Positions 18,866 to 28,066 of a stretch of 64,000 nucleotides of DNA are shown here, piece after piece; positions within the stretch are counted from its first letter, which is position 1, and each line of letters opens with the position of its first letter. The stretch spans positions 1,215,017-1,279,016 of the forward strand of contig CAVXFH010000002.1 of NCBI GenBank assembly GCA_963761035.1, read 5' to 3'. Source of the DNA: an uncultured Gammaproteobacteria bacterium (GTDB lineage: Bacteria > Pseudomonadota > Gammaproteobacteria > DRLM01). Below the pieces are notes generated by a model, which did no database searches, was not told the origin of the DNA, and was given only the letters and a program-made list of their open reading frames with translations. A program made the translations under genes and the position numbers.

Positions 18866-19957
18866 TCAAATCTCCACACAAACCTTGCCGTTGCGCACGA
18901 AGGGCGGTTTCACCACCTTGACGTCCACCGGTTTGCCGCGCATCTCCACCTGGCACACCGCGCCCGGGTCGGTATTCACCCGCGCCAGGGCGATGGCCCG
19001 TCCCAGCGTCGGCGAAAAACTGCCGCTGGTGATCTCGCCGATCACTTCGCCATGGACCATGATCTTTTGATGATTGCGCAACACGCCCTTGTCCAACAGC
19101 ACCAGGCCGATGAAACGCGCCACATCCGGTTTAGCGCGCTGCGCATCGAGCACGGCGCGGCCGATGAAGCCGCGATCCGCCGGTTCCCAGCCGACCGTCC
19201 ACGTCAGCCCCGATTCCAGGGGCGTGGTGGTCTCGTCCATGTCGGCGCCGTAGAGATTCATGCCCGCCTCCAGGCGCAAGGTATCGCGCGCGCCCAAACC
19301 GGCGGGCTTGACGCCGGCCGCCGCGAATGACCGCCATACCTCCGCCGCCCGGGTCGCGGGCACCATCAATTCATAACCGTCTTCGCCGGTATAGCCGGTG
19401 CGGGCGATGAAGATATCGCCTGCCGTCGCGAAGGTAAACGGCGCCTGCAAGGCCGCGGCGGGACCGGCCACTTCGCCGAGGGCGATATGGACCTTGTCGC
19501 GGGCATGCGGTCCTTGCACCGCGATCATGGCGAGATCGCGCCGTTCTTGCACCGTCACGGCGAAGGGTGAGGCATGGCGCCGGATCCACGCCAGGTCTTT
19601 GTCCCGGGTGGCGGCATTGACCACCAGGCGGAACTCGCGCTCGCCGCGGAAATAGATAATGAGATCGTCGATGACCCCGCCCTGTTCGTTGAGCATGCAG
19701 GTGTAGAGCGCCTTGCCCGGCGTCTTCAATTTATCGACATTGTTGGCGGCGAGATAGCGTAGGAATTCCCGGGTCCGTTCGCCCTTGAGATCGACGATGG
19801 TCATGTGAGAGACATCGAACATGCCGGCATCGCCGCGTACCGCGTGATGCTCGTCGAGCTGCGAGCCGTAATGCAAGGGCATGTCCCAGCCGCCGAAGTC
19901 CACCATCTTGGCGCCGGCGGTCAAATGGGTGGCATAGAGCGGCGTACGATTAGCCAT
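18866..19957 (-). CDS. gcvT: Glycine cleavage system T protein (aminomethyltransferase)
   Basis: [41 protein letters not shown]... is canonical. Confidence 0.85.
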   Translation of the reverse strand: MANRTPLYATHLTAGAKMVDFGGWDMPLHYGSQLDEHHAVRGDAGMFDVSHMTIVDLKGERTREFLRYLAANNVDKLKTPGKALYTCMLNEQGGVIDDLIIYFRGEREFRLVVNAATRDKDLAWIRRHASPFAVTVQERRDLAMIAVQGPHARDKVHIALGEVAGPAAALQAPFTFATAGDIFIARTGYTGEDGYELMVPATRAAEVWRSFAAAGVKPAGLGARDTLRLEAGMNLYGADMDETTTPLESGLTWTVGWEPADRGFIGRAVLDAQRAKPDVARFIGLVLLDKGVLRNHQKIMVHGEVIGEITSGSFSPTLGRAIALARVNTDPGAVCQVEMRGKPVDVKVVKPPFVRNGKVCVEI

Positions 19958-20034
19958 GGCGGCTCACCCGCGCCGACGCAACTGGCATGATGGTTTGCAT
20001 TTTAGTATCGGCCATCGGCTCCCCCCGCATCCGT

Positions 20035-20245
20035 AAATAAAAAGGGCAACGCCGCGACGCGGCATTGCCCCTCTGTCCGGCTACCTGAGAGCTTTTAGCA
20101 CCTTCGGTGGGCCGCGTGCATAAGCGGCCTCTCTCCAGAGTCAACGTCCCGCTGCGGTCCTTTTGCCTGAGCGATTCCGGGCTGGTTGCGCCTTCGGCGC
20201 CCCGCGGCTGGCGCAGGGTCTCTCCCGCGGGAGACAAGGTTGAAG
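20035..20245 (-). promoter_or_regulatory. Tandem glycine riboswitch with terminator expression platform, leader of the gcvT operon
   Basis: Minus strand carries two aptamer cores, each with a GGAGAG / CTCTGGAGAGA element, CGCCGAAGGCGCAA or CACCGAAGGTGC, and CTCAGGCAAAAGGAC or CTCTCAGGTAGCCGGACAG. These are followed by a GC hairpin (GGGCAATGCCGCGTCGCGGCGTTGCCC) and a T-run immediately upstream of gcvT. Confidence 0.8.
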
Positions 20246-20339
20246 CGACACACTATACCGGGGAGTAAGGTGGAAACCAAGGGCCTTGGAAACGTCTCGG
20301 CATCCATAATCCTAATGCGGTAATGTGCGCGTCGCTACC

Positions 20340-21566
20340 TCATTTGCGCGCCAGCACCCTGCCGATGGTAAGCCCCTGGACGATGATGGAAAAGGCCACC
20401 ACCGCGTAGGTGATGGGGACGATGAGGCTGCGGTCATAACCGGCGGGCAGGGACAAGGCCAGGGCCACCGATACCCCGCCGCGCAGTCCGCCCCAGGTCA
20501 GGATCTTCACCGCGTTGGCGCTATAGTCCTGTACCCGGCGCAACAAGCCCAAGGGCAGGCCGACGCTGACGAAACGCGCCAGCAACACGATGGGGATGGC
20601 CACCAGGCTGGCGATGAGATGCTTCATGGTATAGATCACGACGAAGACTTCCAGGCCGATCAATACGAACAACACGGCATTGAGGATTTCATCCACCAGC
20701 TCCCAAAAGATATCCAGGTGATGGCGGGTGTCTTCGGACATGGCGAAGGTCCGGCCGTGATTGCCGATGAGCAGGCCCGCTATTACCATGGCGATGGGCG
20801 CGGAGACCTGCAAGTCTTCGGCCAGGGCGTAACCGCCGGAAACCAGCGCCAGGGTAATCATAATCGCCACGGGATTATCATCCACACCCAGCAGCAGCCA
20901 AATGGCGGCCGTGCCTATCACTACGCCAAACACCACCCCGCCCAGCGCTTGCTGGGCGAACATCGTCGCCACCTCACTGGCCGTGATATGTGCGCCGCCG
21001 GTGGCAATACCGATCAATACCAGGAACATCACCACCGCCACCCCGTCGTTAAACAAGGACTCGCCGGCGATCTGCATCTCCAGACTCTTGGGGGTATTGA
21101 TACGCTTGAGGATGGACAACACGGCGATGGGATCGGTGGGCGAGATCAGCGCGCCGAAGATCAGGCAGTAAAGAAACGACAGATGGATATCCAGGGCGTT
21201 AAATATCCACCACGACAAACCGCCGATGATAAAGGTGGACAAGATCACCCCGACGGTGGCGAGCAATAATATCGTCCAGCGCTGCTTGGCCAGTTCATAG
21301 AGATTGATGTGCAGCGCCCCGGAGAACAACAGGAACCCCAGCATGCCGTGCAAGACGGTCTGGTTGAAGTTGATGCTGCTCAATAAACGCGCGGCATAAT
21401 CCTCCAAGGTATAACCCAGGGCGTCCGCGGCCTCCAGGGAAAATTCAAGCACCACCGCCATCACGATCAATCCGACGCTGTCGGGCAACCTGATGAAGCG
21501 GTTATTCACGTAGCTGAATATCGCCGCCAAGACCAGCAGGATGGCGATGGTATGAAATAGGCTCAT
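20340..21566 (-). CDS. Na+/H+ antiporter, CPA1 (NhaP-type)
   Basis: About 12 TM helices. ...LFNDGVAVV... and ...GGLRGGVSVALALSLP... are CPA1 hallmarks. Start chosen at MSLFHTIAIL. Confidence 0.75.
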   Translation of the reverse strand: MSLFHTIAILLVLAAIFSYVNNRFIRLPDSVGLIVMAVVLEFSLEAADALGYTLEDYAARLLSSINFNQTVLHGMLGFLLFSGALHINLYELAKQRWTILLLATVGVILSTFIIGGLSWWIFNALDIHLSFLYCLIFGALISPTDPIAVLSILKRINTPKSLEMQIAGESLFNDGVAVVMFLVLIGIATGGAHITASEVATMFAQQALGGVVFGVVIGTAAIWLLLGVDDNPVAIMITLALVSGGYALAEDLQVSAPIAMVIAGLLIGNHGRTFAMSEDTRHHLDIFWELVDEILNAVLFVLIGLEVFVVIYTMKHLIASLVAIPIVLLARFVSVGLPLGLLRRVQDYSANAVKILTWGGLRGGVSVALALSLPAGYDRSLIVPITYAVVAFSIIVQGLTIGRVLARK

Positions 21567-21743
21567 GCACCAACTTTCATCGTTGTGTCTCGTATGCCTC
21601 AAGTCTAAACGGAAAACGTTATGTCAGCGAAGATCGGAAAGGCTGGGAGCGATGCGACCGCTATGCGCCCGATCGCGTACATGGTTATTGGCAAAGCCCT
21701 TTGCAGTCGACCGTGGTGATTAGACTGCTTCAGACTAAATTGT

Positions 21744-22958
21744 TCACGGCGCCGTGTACCGCGCCAAGGCGGGCAGATCGCCCGTCCGTCCCATGGCATG
21801 ACGCATGATGAGCTGCTTGACGGGCGGTATCCTGTTGGTGAACGATAAGCCCGCGTTGCGCGCCCGGCGCAGCGGTTCCCAGTCGGCGCCGAACAGGCGT
21901 TTGAAGCCGTCCATGGCGGCCATCATCATGAGATTGTGCCCCTTGCGCCACCGTTCGTAACGGCGCAACGCCTTGAGCGAAGCGATATCCTTTCCCTGCT
22001 CATGGGCGTCCGCCAACACCTCAGCCAGGGTCGCGGCGTCGAGGATGCCGAGGTTGACGCCCTGCCCCGCCAAAGGGTGCACGGTGTGGGCGGCATCGCC
22101 GATCAAGGCCAATCCCGGTTGCACATAGCGGTCAACATATTGCAGACGCAAAGGCAAGGATGCCCGCTCGCCAACGGACTCGATGCGGCCCAGGGTCGCG
22201 CCGAAGGCCGATTCCAATTCGCGGCAAAACAGCGTGTCGTCCGCCATCAGTAACTGCCGCGCCTGCCGCGGGGACGTGGACCAGACGATGGAACTGCGGC
22301 CGTCATGCAAGGGAAGAAAGGCCACGGGGCCGGCGGTCAGAAAGCGTTGCCAGGCGGTCTCGCGATGACTGTGTTCGCTGGCCACCGTCGCCACTACCGC
22401 CTGTTGATCGTAGGTCCAGCCGCGGGCCTGAATACCGGCGAATTGCCGCACCCGTGATTGGGCGCCGTCCGCGCCCACCAGCAGGCGCGTGCGCAAGGTG
22501 TTGCCATTCGCCAGGCTCACGTGCATCTCAGCGCCGGCGCGTTGCAGCGCCGCCACGGCGGCGGGACAAAACAGCTCGATCCCGCCCTCGCCTTGCAGGC
22601 GCTGCCACAGCGCGTGTTGTATCACGCGATTCTCGATAATATGCCCTAAGGCATCTTCGCCCACCTCGGCGACATCGAAGTGAATAAAACCGTCGCCGCC
22701 GGCATCCCAGACATGCATCTCGCGAAAGGGGCTGATGCGCCGCGCCGACATACCCGACCATGCGCCGAGGGCGGTGAATATCTGCTGCGAGGCGCGGGTG
22801 ATGGCGGAGACGCGCAGGTCGATGGGGTCATCCGGACGGACATCCGGCGGCAACGCGGTTTCGATCAAGGCGACCTTCATCCCGCTGCCTTGCAGGGCGC
22901 ACGCCAGGGTAGCGCCCGCCATGCCGCCGCCGACGATGATGACGTCAAATCTATCCAC
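21744..22958 (-). CDS. ubiI: UbiH/UbiF/UbiI(VisC)-family FAD-dependent ubiquinone biosynthesis hydroxylase
   Basis: FDVIIVGGGMAGATLACAL Rossmann motif. Downstream of ubiH, as visC is in E. coli. GTG start with a GGAGA RBS. Confidence 0.7.
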   Translation of the reverse strand: MDRFDVIIVGGGMAGATLACALQGSGMKVALIETALPPDVRPDDPIDLRVSAITRASQQIFTALGAWSGMSARRISPFREMHVWDAGGDGFIHFDVAEVGEDALGHIIENRVIQHALWQRLQGEGGIELFCPAAVAALQRAGAEMHVSLANGNTLRTRLLVGADGAQSRVRQFAGIQARGWTYDQQAVVATVASEHSHRETAWQRFLTAGPVAFLPLHDGRSSIVWSTSPRQARQLLMADDTLFCRELESAFGATLGRIESVGERASLPLRLQYVDRYVQPGLALIGDAAHTVHPLAGQGVNLGILDAATLAEVLADAHEQGKDIASLKALRRYERWRKGHNLMMMAAMDGFKRLFGADWEPLRRARNAGLSFTNRIPPVKQLIMRHAMGRTGDLPALARYTAP

Positions 22959-24339
22959 GCTTTACCATCTCCCCCTCTCCCTCCGGGAGAGGGCTGAGGT
23001 GAGGGGATTTAGCACGAGGAATCTGCTCGGATGAACGCGTACCGTAGAAAACGGAATTCATTTCCCCATCTCCCTCATCCGGCTCTTCGGGCCACCTTCT
23101 CCCGAATGGGGGAAGGATGAGTGGCAGTCCCCGCGCCAAGCGCGGCAACTTGCCCGCCAATCCCATGGTGTGGCGGGTCAATATATGTTTCAAGGGCGGC
23201 AACAGATCCACGGCCAGCATGCCGGCATTGCGCAACACGCGCACCGGCGACAAGGGGTTGGCGAAGAACCGCGCCAGGCCGTCGGTGAAAGCGATCATCT
23301 TGCTATGATCGCGGCGGCGCCAAGCGGCATAGGTCTGCAACACCTCGAGATCGCCGATGTCCTTGCCGGCGTCGGCGGCATCGCTCAACACCTCGGCGAG
23401 CACCGCCACATCGCGCAGGCCGAGATTGAAACCTTGTCCCGCGACAGGGTGCAAGGTATGGGCGGCGTTTCCGATCAACGCCAAGCGCGGCCTGACGTGT
23501 TCGCGGGCGCGCACCAACTGCAGGGGATAGGCGCGGCGTTTGCCGAGTCGCAGGAAGGTACCCAGGCGGGTACCGAAGCGCGCTTGCAGGGCTTGCAGAA
23601 ACGCCGCCTCATCCAACGCCATCATCTGCTCGGCTTGGTCGCCGCGCACCGTCCACACTACCGAGCAGCGATTATCGCTCATGGGCAACAAGGCCAGGGG
23701 ACCGCTGTCGGTGAAACGTTCGAAGGCGCAATGGCGGTGCGGACGTTGCGGGGTGATATTGGTAATCACCGCGGTCTGGCCATAATCCCAGCGCCGGGTA
23801 TCGATGCCGAACCATTCACGCACTTGCGAGGCGGCGCCGTCCGCCGCCACCACCAAGCGAGTGGTCAAACGGCTCGCGACACCCGCGCAATCCATCGCCA
23901 CCACCCCGTGATCGCCGCCGCCGGACACCTGGGTAACGACGGCGGGACACAGCAAGGTCACAGTGGAAAGCTGCCGCAAACGCGCCGCCAGCGCCGCGCC
24001 CATGGCGCGGCTCACCGCCACGTATCCCAGTGCCGCCACACCTGCGTCGCGGTAATCCAGGCGGGTGAAACCGAAGCGGCCGCGATCGGAAATATGAATG
24101 GATTGAATCGGCGTTGCATCCGATTGCAAGGCCTCCCACAAGCCCATGCCTTCGAAGATACGCCGCGTGCCGTAGGCGAGCGCGATGGCGCGATCGTCGT
24201 AACTGGGCTGGTCGTCGGAGCGAAACGGCACCGCTTCCAGCACCGCGATGCGCAAGGGTGTGGCGCTCAAGGCGATGGCGAGGCTGGCGCCTACCATGCC
24301 GCCGCCCACAATGATTACGTCATAATCCGTATCAGCCAC
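22951..24339 (-). CDS. ubiH: 2-octaprenyl-6-methoxyphenol hydroxylase-like FAD monooxygenase, with a ~55-aa C-terminal extension encoded by a REP-like repeat
   Basis: MADTDYDVIIVGGGMVGASLAIAL. The pepP-ubiH-ubiI order is conserved. The ORF reads through repeat copy 4, giving ...PPFGRRWPEEPDEGDGE...SPLPEGEGEMVKRG. Confidence 0.7.
   Translation of the reverse strand: MADTDYDVIIVGGGMVGASLAIALSATPLRIAVLEAVPFRSDDQPSYDDRAIALAYGTRRIFEGMGLWEALQSDATPIQSIHISDRGRFGFTRLDYRDAGVAALGYVAVSRAMGAALAARLRQLSTVTLLCPAVVTQVSGGGDHGVVAMDCAGVASRLTTRLVVAADGAASQVREWFGIDTRRWDYGQTAVITNITPQRPHRHCAFERFTDSGPLALLPMSDNRCSVVWTVRGDQAEQMMALDEAAFLQALQARFGTRLGTFLRLGKRRAYPLQLVRAREHVRPRLALIGNAAHTLHPVAGQGFNLGLRDVAVLAEVLSDAADAGKDIGDLEVLQTYAAWRRRDHSKMIAFTDGLARFFANPLSPVRVLRNAGMLAVDLLPPLKHILTRHTMGLAGKLPRLARGLPLILPPFGRRWPEEPDEGDGEMNSVFYGTRSSEQIPRAKSPHLSPLPEGEGEMVKRG
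22962..23115. repeat. REP-like palindromic elements (copy 4) at the ubiH/ubiI junction
   Basis: CTCCCCCTCTCCCTCCGGGAGAGGGCTGAGGTGAGGGG ... CCCCATCTCCCTCATCCGGCTCTTCGGGCCACCTTCTCCCGAATGGGGGAAGGATGAG. Confidence 0.6.
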
Positions 24340-25678
24340 GCCCGCTGCGCCGTGGTTCGCGCGCCCCCCCGCCGCGGGCCATGATCGCCTCGATCTCTTT
24401 CACGGTCTTGGGCGCATCGCGGCTCAGCACCTCATGACCGTCCTTGGTGATCAACACGTCGTCCTCGATGCGTACGCCGATGTTCCACCATTTTCTGGCG
24501 ACACCCTTGGAACCGGCGGGAATATAGAGGCCGGGTTCCACGGTCAGCACCATGCCCGGCTCCAGCACCCGCCACTGACCGCCCACTTTGTAATCGCCCA
24601 CATCGTGCACATCCAGTCCCAGCCAATGGCCGGTACGGTGCATGTAAAAGCGTTTGTAGGCCTCTTTGCGAACCAGCTCTTTAACCTTGCCCTTGAGGAT
24701 ACCCATTTTCACCAAGCCCGCGGTCAAGGTGCGTACCGCGGCGTCGTGGGGATCATTCCAGTGTTTACCGGGCCGCGCTTGTTCCAGCGCCGCGTGCTGC
24801 GCCGCCAACACCAGTTCGTAGACGGCGCGTTGCGCCGGGTTGAAGCGGCCGTTGCCGGGAAAGGTGCGCGTGATGTCCGAGGCATAACCGTCCAGCTCGG
24901 CGCCGGCATCGATCAATAATAATTCCCCGTCGTTAAGCGGGGCGTCATTCTCGGTATAGTGGAGGATGCAGCCGTTGGCGCCGCCGCCTACGATGGAATT
25001 GTAGGCCGTCCACGCGCCGTGGCGGCGAAACTCGTGCAGCAGTTCCGCCTCGATCTCATATTCCATCATGCCCGGCCGCGCCGCCTGCATGGCGCGCCGG
25101 TGGGCGCCGGCGGCGATCCGCGCCGAGCGGCGCATAACCTTCACCTCGGCGGGACTCTTATAGAGCCGCATATCGTGCAGCGCGTGTTCCAAGGCCACGA
25201 ATTCGACCGGCGCAAGACTGCCGCCGCGCGACTTGGCGCGAATACTGTTCACCCATCCCATGACCCGCTGGTCGAACTCGGGGCTATAACCCATGCTGTA
25301 ATAGATGCGTTCTTTATTCTCGATGAGGCCGGGAAGAATGTCGTCGATGTCGGCGACGGGAAAGGCATCGTCGGCGCCGTAATGTTGTTGAGCGCCCTCG
25401 GGACCGGCGCGGCGGCCATGCCAGATCTCCATCGCCGGATCCCGTTCGCGGCAAAAAACGATGTATTCGCCGTGGGCGCGGTGCGGCACCAGCACCGCCA
25501 CCGCCTCCGGCTCGCTAAATCCGGTAAGGTAATAAAAATCGCTGTCCTGGCGGAACGGATACTCCGCGTCGCGGTTGCGATAGCGCAACCCCGCGGCGGG
25601 CAGGATGGCGATGGTATCGGCGCCCATAATACGCATCAACTGGCGGCGACGCTTTGCGAATTCCTTCTTGTCCAGCAC
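24332..25678 (-). CDS. pepP: Xaa-Pro aminopeptidase
   Basis: N-terminal creatinase-like domain and C-terminal pita-bread M24 domain (HRTGHWLGLDVHD, VEPG). Confidence 0.85.
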   Translation of the reverse strand: MLDKKEFAKRRRQLMRIMGADTIAILPAAGLRYRNRDAEYPFRQDSDFYYLTGFSEPEAVAVLVPHRAHGEYIVFCRERDPAMEIWHGRRAGPEGAQQHYGADDAFPVADIDDILPGLIENKERIYYSMGYSPEFDQRVMGWVNSIRAKSRGGSLAPVEFVALEHALHDMRLYKSPAEVKVMRRSARIAAGAHRRAMQAARPGMMEYEIEAELLHEFRRHGAWTAYNSIVGGGANGCILHYTENDAPLNDGELLLIDAGAELDGYASDITRTFPGNGRFNPAQRAVYELVLAAQHAALEQARPGKHWNDPHDAAVRTLTAGLVKMGILKGKVKELVRKEAYKRFYMHRTGHWLGLDVHDVGDYKVGGQWRVLEPGMVLTVEPGLYIPAGSKGVARKWWNIGVRIEDDVLITKDGHEVLSRDAPKTVKEIEAIMARGGGAREPRRSGRG

Positions 25679-25695
25679 CTCGGCCGTCCTCCCGC

Positions 25696-26301
25696 TTAAT
25701 GAACCGGCGCGCCCTCGGGACGCACCGCGCGCAAGGGCCGCAATTCTTCATAGACCAGCAACACCGCCATCCTGACATATTCCACGATTTCGGCGAAGGC
25801 CGTCTCGTCTTCTTCGTCCCCGCCGCCTTCGCCGTGTCCCAGGCGGGAAATCTCCACGAAGTCCCGCATCACCTCATGGCTCTCACCGGGCAGACCGGTT
25901 TGTTCCCGCACGCCCCCCAAACCCAGTCCCAGCAGAAACCCCTGGCACCAGCGGGAGAGGGATTCCACCCGTTGCCGCAGCGCGTGATCATCATCCGGCA
26001 ACAACAGGGAAAAACCGTATTCCGGATCTTCCAACTGGGCGGCGGTATCCTTATATAGCATCAATAATAAGGTGCGCCCCTCCCCGTCGGCCTGGTTTTG
26101 CGGGGACGCAAACTCCGACACCGGAAGATCCAATTGACCGGCAAGCACTTGATTAACCCAGGCGGCCGCCTTCACCGCTTCCGTGGCGCACAATATGCCG
26201 CACAAGCTGCCGTGGCACTCCGCCGGGTCGAGGCTGAGGCCAAGATGATGAAAAAGCGCAGCGATGTTCGTGAAATCAACCACATGTTCGGGGACGCTCA
26301 T
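25696..26301 (-). CDS. ygfB: UPF0149 family protein YgfB
   Basis: YgfB-like sequence and position upstream of pepP. Confidence 0.7.
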   Translation of the reverse strand: MSVPEHVVDFTNIAALFHHLGLSLDPAECHGSLCGILCATEAVKAAAWVNQVLAGQLDLPVSEFASPQNQADGEGRTLLLMLYKDTAAQLEDPEYGFSLLLPDDDHALRQRVESLSRWCQGFLLGLGLGGVREQTGLPGESHEVMRDFVEISRLGHGEGGGDEEDETAFAEIVEYVRMAVLLVYEELRPLRAVRPEGAPVH

Positions 26302-26567
26302 AAGCTATCGTCACTCCCTATATATAGAAGACGGAAACGCGGCCCGGTTCCTGCTCTCCCCTCCGCTGCCACCGGCGTATGCTATCATGGGCTTCCGTTC
26401 CAACCTATGTCGATCCGCCCGTCGCTAGATCCAAGTGACGGAAGCCGGCTGTACGCCAGGAACTAAACAACAAATCCGGTAAGCCCGTTGCAGGGATAAG
26501 CGGGTACATGCGAAATGACTTCCTAACGATTGACCACTGTACAGTGGCCGCTCTATATTGGTGATCC

Positions 26568-26801
26568 ATGGCTACCGACAAATCGAATCGCACTACTGAC
26601 GCTGACCTTAAGGGTCTGGAACACCGCATTGATGAACTCATTCACCATTGTCACCGCCTCAAGGAAGAGAATCGCCTGCTTCAGCAACATCAGGCGGCCT
26701 TGGTGACGGAACGCGGGAAACTCAAACACAAGGCCGATCTGGCCCGCAGTCAAACCGAGAGCATGTTGATCAGAGTCAAGGCCTTGGAAGTGGAGGCATG
26801 A
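26568..26801 (+). CDS. Small coiled-coil protein upstream of zapA (TIGR02449/ZapB-like)
   Basis: 77-aa heptad-rich ORF. Its stop overlaps the zapA ATG (ATGA). Confidence 0.6.
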   Translation: MATDKSNRTTDADLKGLEHRIDELIHHCHRLKEENRLLQQHQAALVTERGKLKHKADLARSQTESMLIRVKALEVEA

Positions 26802-27112
26802 GTAACGGCGCCAATGTGGTCACCGTTCATATCTTGGACAAGGAGTACCGAGTCTCCTGCCCTCCCGAGGAACACGAAGAACTGCTGCGCTCGGCGAATT
26901 ATCTCAGCAAAAAAATGAAGGAAATACGCGATAGCGGCAAAGTCATCGGCACGGACCGCATCGCGGTAATGGCCGCCCTCAATATCTCCCATGAACTGCT
27001 CAAGGCCCAGTCCGACACTGATGTCAGCAGCAATACGCTGGGCAACCGTATCCGTAACCTGCAAAACAAGATTGACGCCGCCCTCCACGATTCGAAACAG
27101 ATGGATCTCTGA
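26798..27112 (+). CDS. zapA: Cell division protein ZapA
   Basis: MSNGANVVTVHILDKEYRVSCPPEEHEELLRSANYLSKKMKEIRD... is canonical ZapA. GGAGG RBS. Confidence 0.85.
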   Translation: MSNGANVVTVHILDKEYRVSCPPEEHEELLRSANYLSKKMKEIRDSGKVIGTDRIAVMAALNISHELLKAQSDTDVSSNTLGNRIRNLQNKIDAALHDSKQMDL

Positions 27113-27164
27113 CCGTCGCGCGCCACCCCGGTATTGCGCTGAGGCGATTTCGCGGTAGAATCAC

Positions 27165-27365
27165 CTGGCATCCTCTGCGGTTCCCGTTTGTGGGCCAAGT
27201 TACTCCTTGACCCTAATATTTACCCTTCGGGGACGCTACGACGGCGTCGGTGTGCATGTCCGTATCAATCGGAAAGCCTAAAGACGCGGCTAGCATTCCC
27301 ACGTGAACCTTTTGGTTCAAGGGCCGTGGTTCGCGACGGTTCATGCGGAGGATGCCTTGTTCTCT
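27165..27365 (+). ncRNA. ssrS: 6S RNA (SsrS)
   Basis: Position between zapA and the 5-formyl-THF cyclo-ligase gene, as in E. coli and Pseudomonas. The segment GGAAAGCCTAAAGACGCGGCTAGCATTCCCACGTGAACCTTTTGGTTCAAGGGCCGTGGTTCGCGACGGTTCATGCGGAGGATGCC matches E. coli 6S (GAAGCCUUAAAACUGCGACGACACAUUCACCUUGAACCAAGGGUUCAAGGGUUACAGCCUGCGGCGGCAUCUCGGAGA). 5'/3' closing-stem complementarity (GGCATCCTCTGCGG / CCGCGGAGGATGCC). Upstream TTGCGC-N16-TAGAAT promoter. Ends are approximate. Confidence 0.8.
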
Positions 27366-27381
27366 GGGAAACTCATTCAGC

Positions 27382-28038
27382 ATGACGACTAAACCGTCCC
27401 GCGCAAGCACGTCTCCCCTCCACCCTAAAACGACACACTTGCCGACCAAGCGAACCACACTGCGCGCCCGGATGCGCGCCAAGCGGCGGGCGCTCGACGC
27501 CGCGGCGCAGCACGAGGCGGCGGAACGCCTTGCACGTATCTTCGGTCATTGCCCACTGTTTCGCCGCGGTCGCCATATCGCCTTTTACCTCGCCAACGAC
27601 GGCGAATTGGACATCGCCCCTCTTTTACAACGCGCATGGGACATGGGCAAAGTCTGTTATCTCCCGGTGATCACGCCGGGAAAAAGTTTATGGTTCGCAC
27701 CGTATGCCGACGGCGATCCCTTGGCGTTAAACCGCTTCGGTATTCCCGAACCGACGCGCCCCGGTCTGCCACTGGTCGGCGCGCGGCTGCTCGATGTGAT
27801 TCTCGCGCCGCTGGTGGCCTTCGATGATAAAGGCCATCGTCTGGGGATGGGCGGCGGTTTTTATGATCGTACCCTTTCATTCCTGCGCCACCGCCATGCC
27901 TGGCGTAAACCACGCGTGGTAGGCGTCGCCCACGATTTGCAACGTGTCGCCGCCTTGTCCGCCGAAGCGTGGGACGTCCCGCTGGACGGCGTCGCCACCG
28001 ACCGGCGATTGTATCTTTTTAACAACACTCGACCATGA
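27382..28038 (+). CDS. ygfA: 5-formyltetrahydrofolate cyclo-ligase
   Basis: ...HIAFYLANDGELDI...CYLPVI... and GMGGGFYDRTL motif. Located downstream of ssrS. Confidence 0.8.
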   Translation: MTTKPSRASTSPLHPKTTHLPTKRTTLRARMRAKRRALDAAAQHEAAERLARIFGHCPLFRRGRHIAFYLANDGELDIAPLLQRAWDMGKVCYLPVITPGKSLWFAPYADGDPLALNRFGIPEPTRPGLPLVGARLLDVILAPLVAFDDKGHRLGMGGGFYDRTLSFLRHRHAWRKPRVVGVAHDLQRVAALSAEAWDVPLDGVATDRRLYLFNNTRP

Positions 28039-28066
28039 TGCCCGGCAGGCGCAAGGAAGCACGGTG

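Noticed and set aside
20325-21269. 314-aa plus-strand ORF antisense to the Na+/H+ antiporter gene
   Set aside because: H/G/D/Q-rich nonsense. The antiporter gives a clean 12-TM protein.
3303-23115. CRISPR array among the clustered CCCTCTCCC/GGGAGAGGG repeats
   Set aside because: The repeats are palindromic, of variable length and spacing, and have no regular unique spacers. They behave like REP/BIME elements.
23170-24384. 404-aa plus-strand ORF antisense to ubiH
   Set aside because: Shadow ORF in a GC-rich gene.
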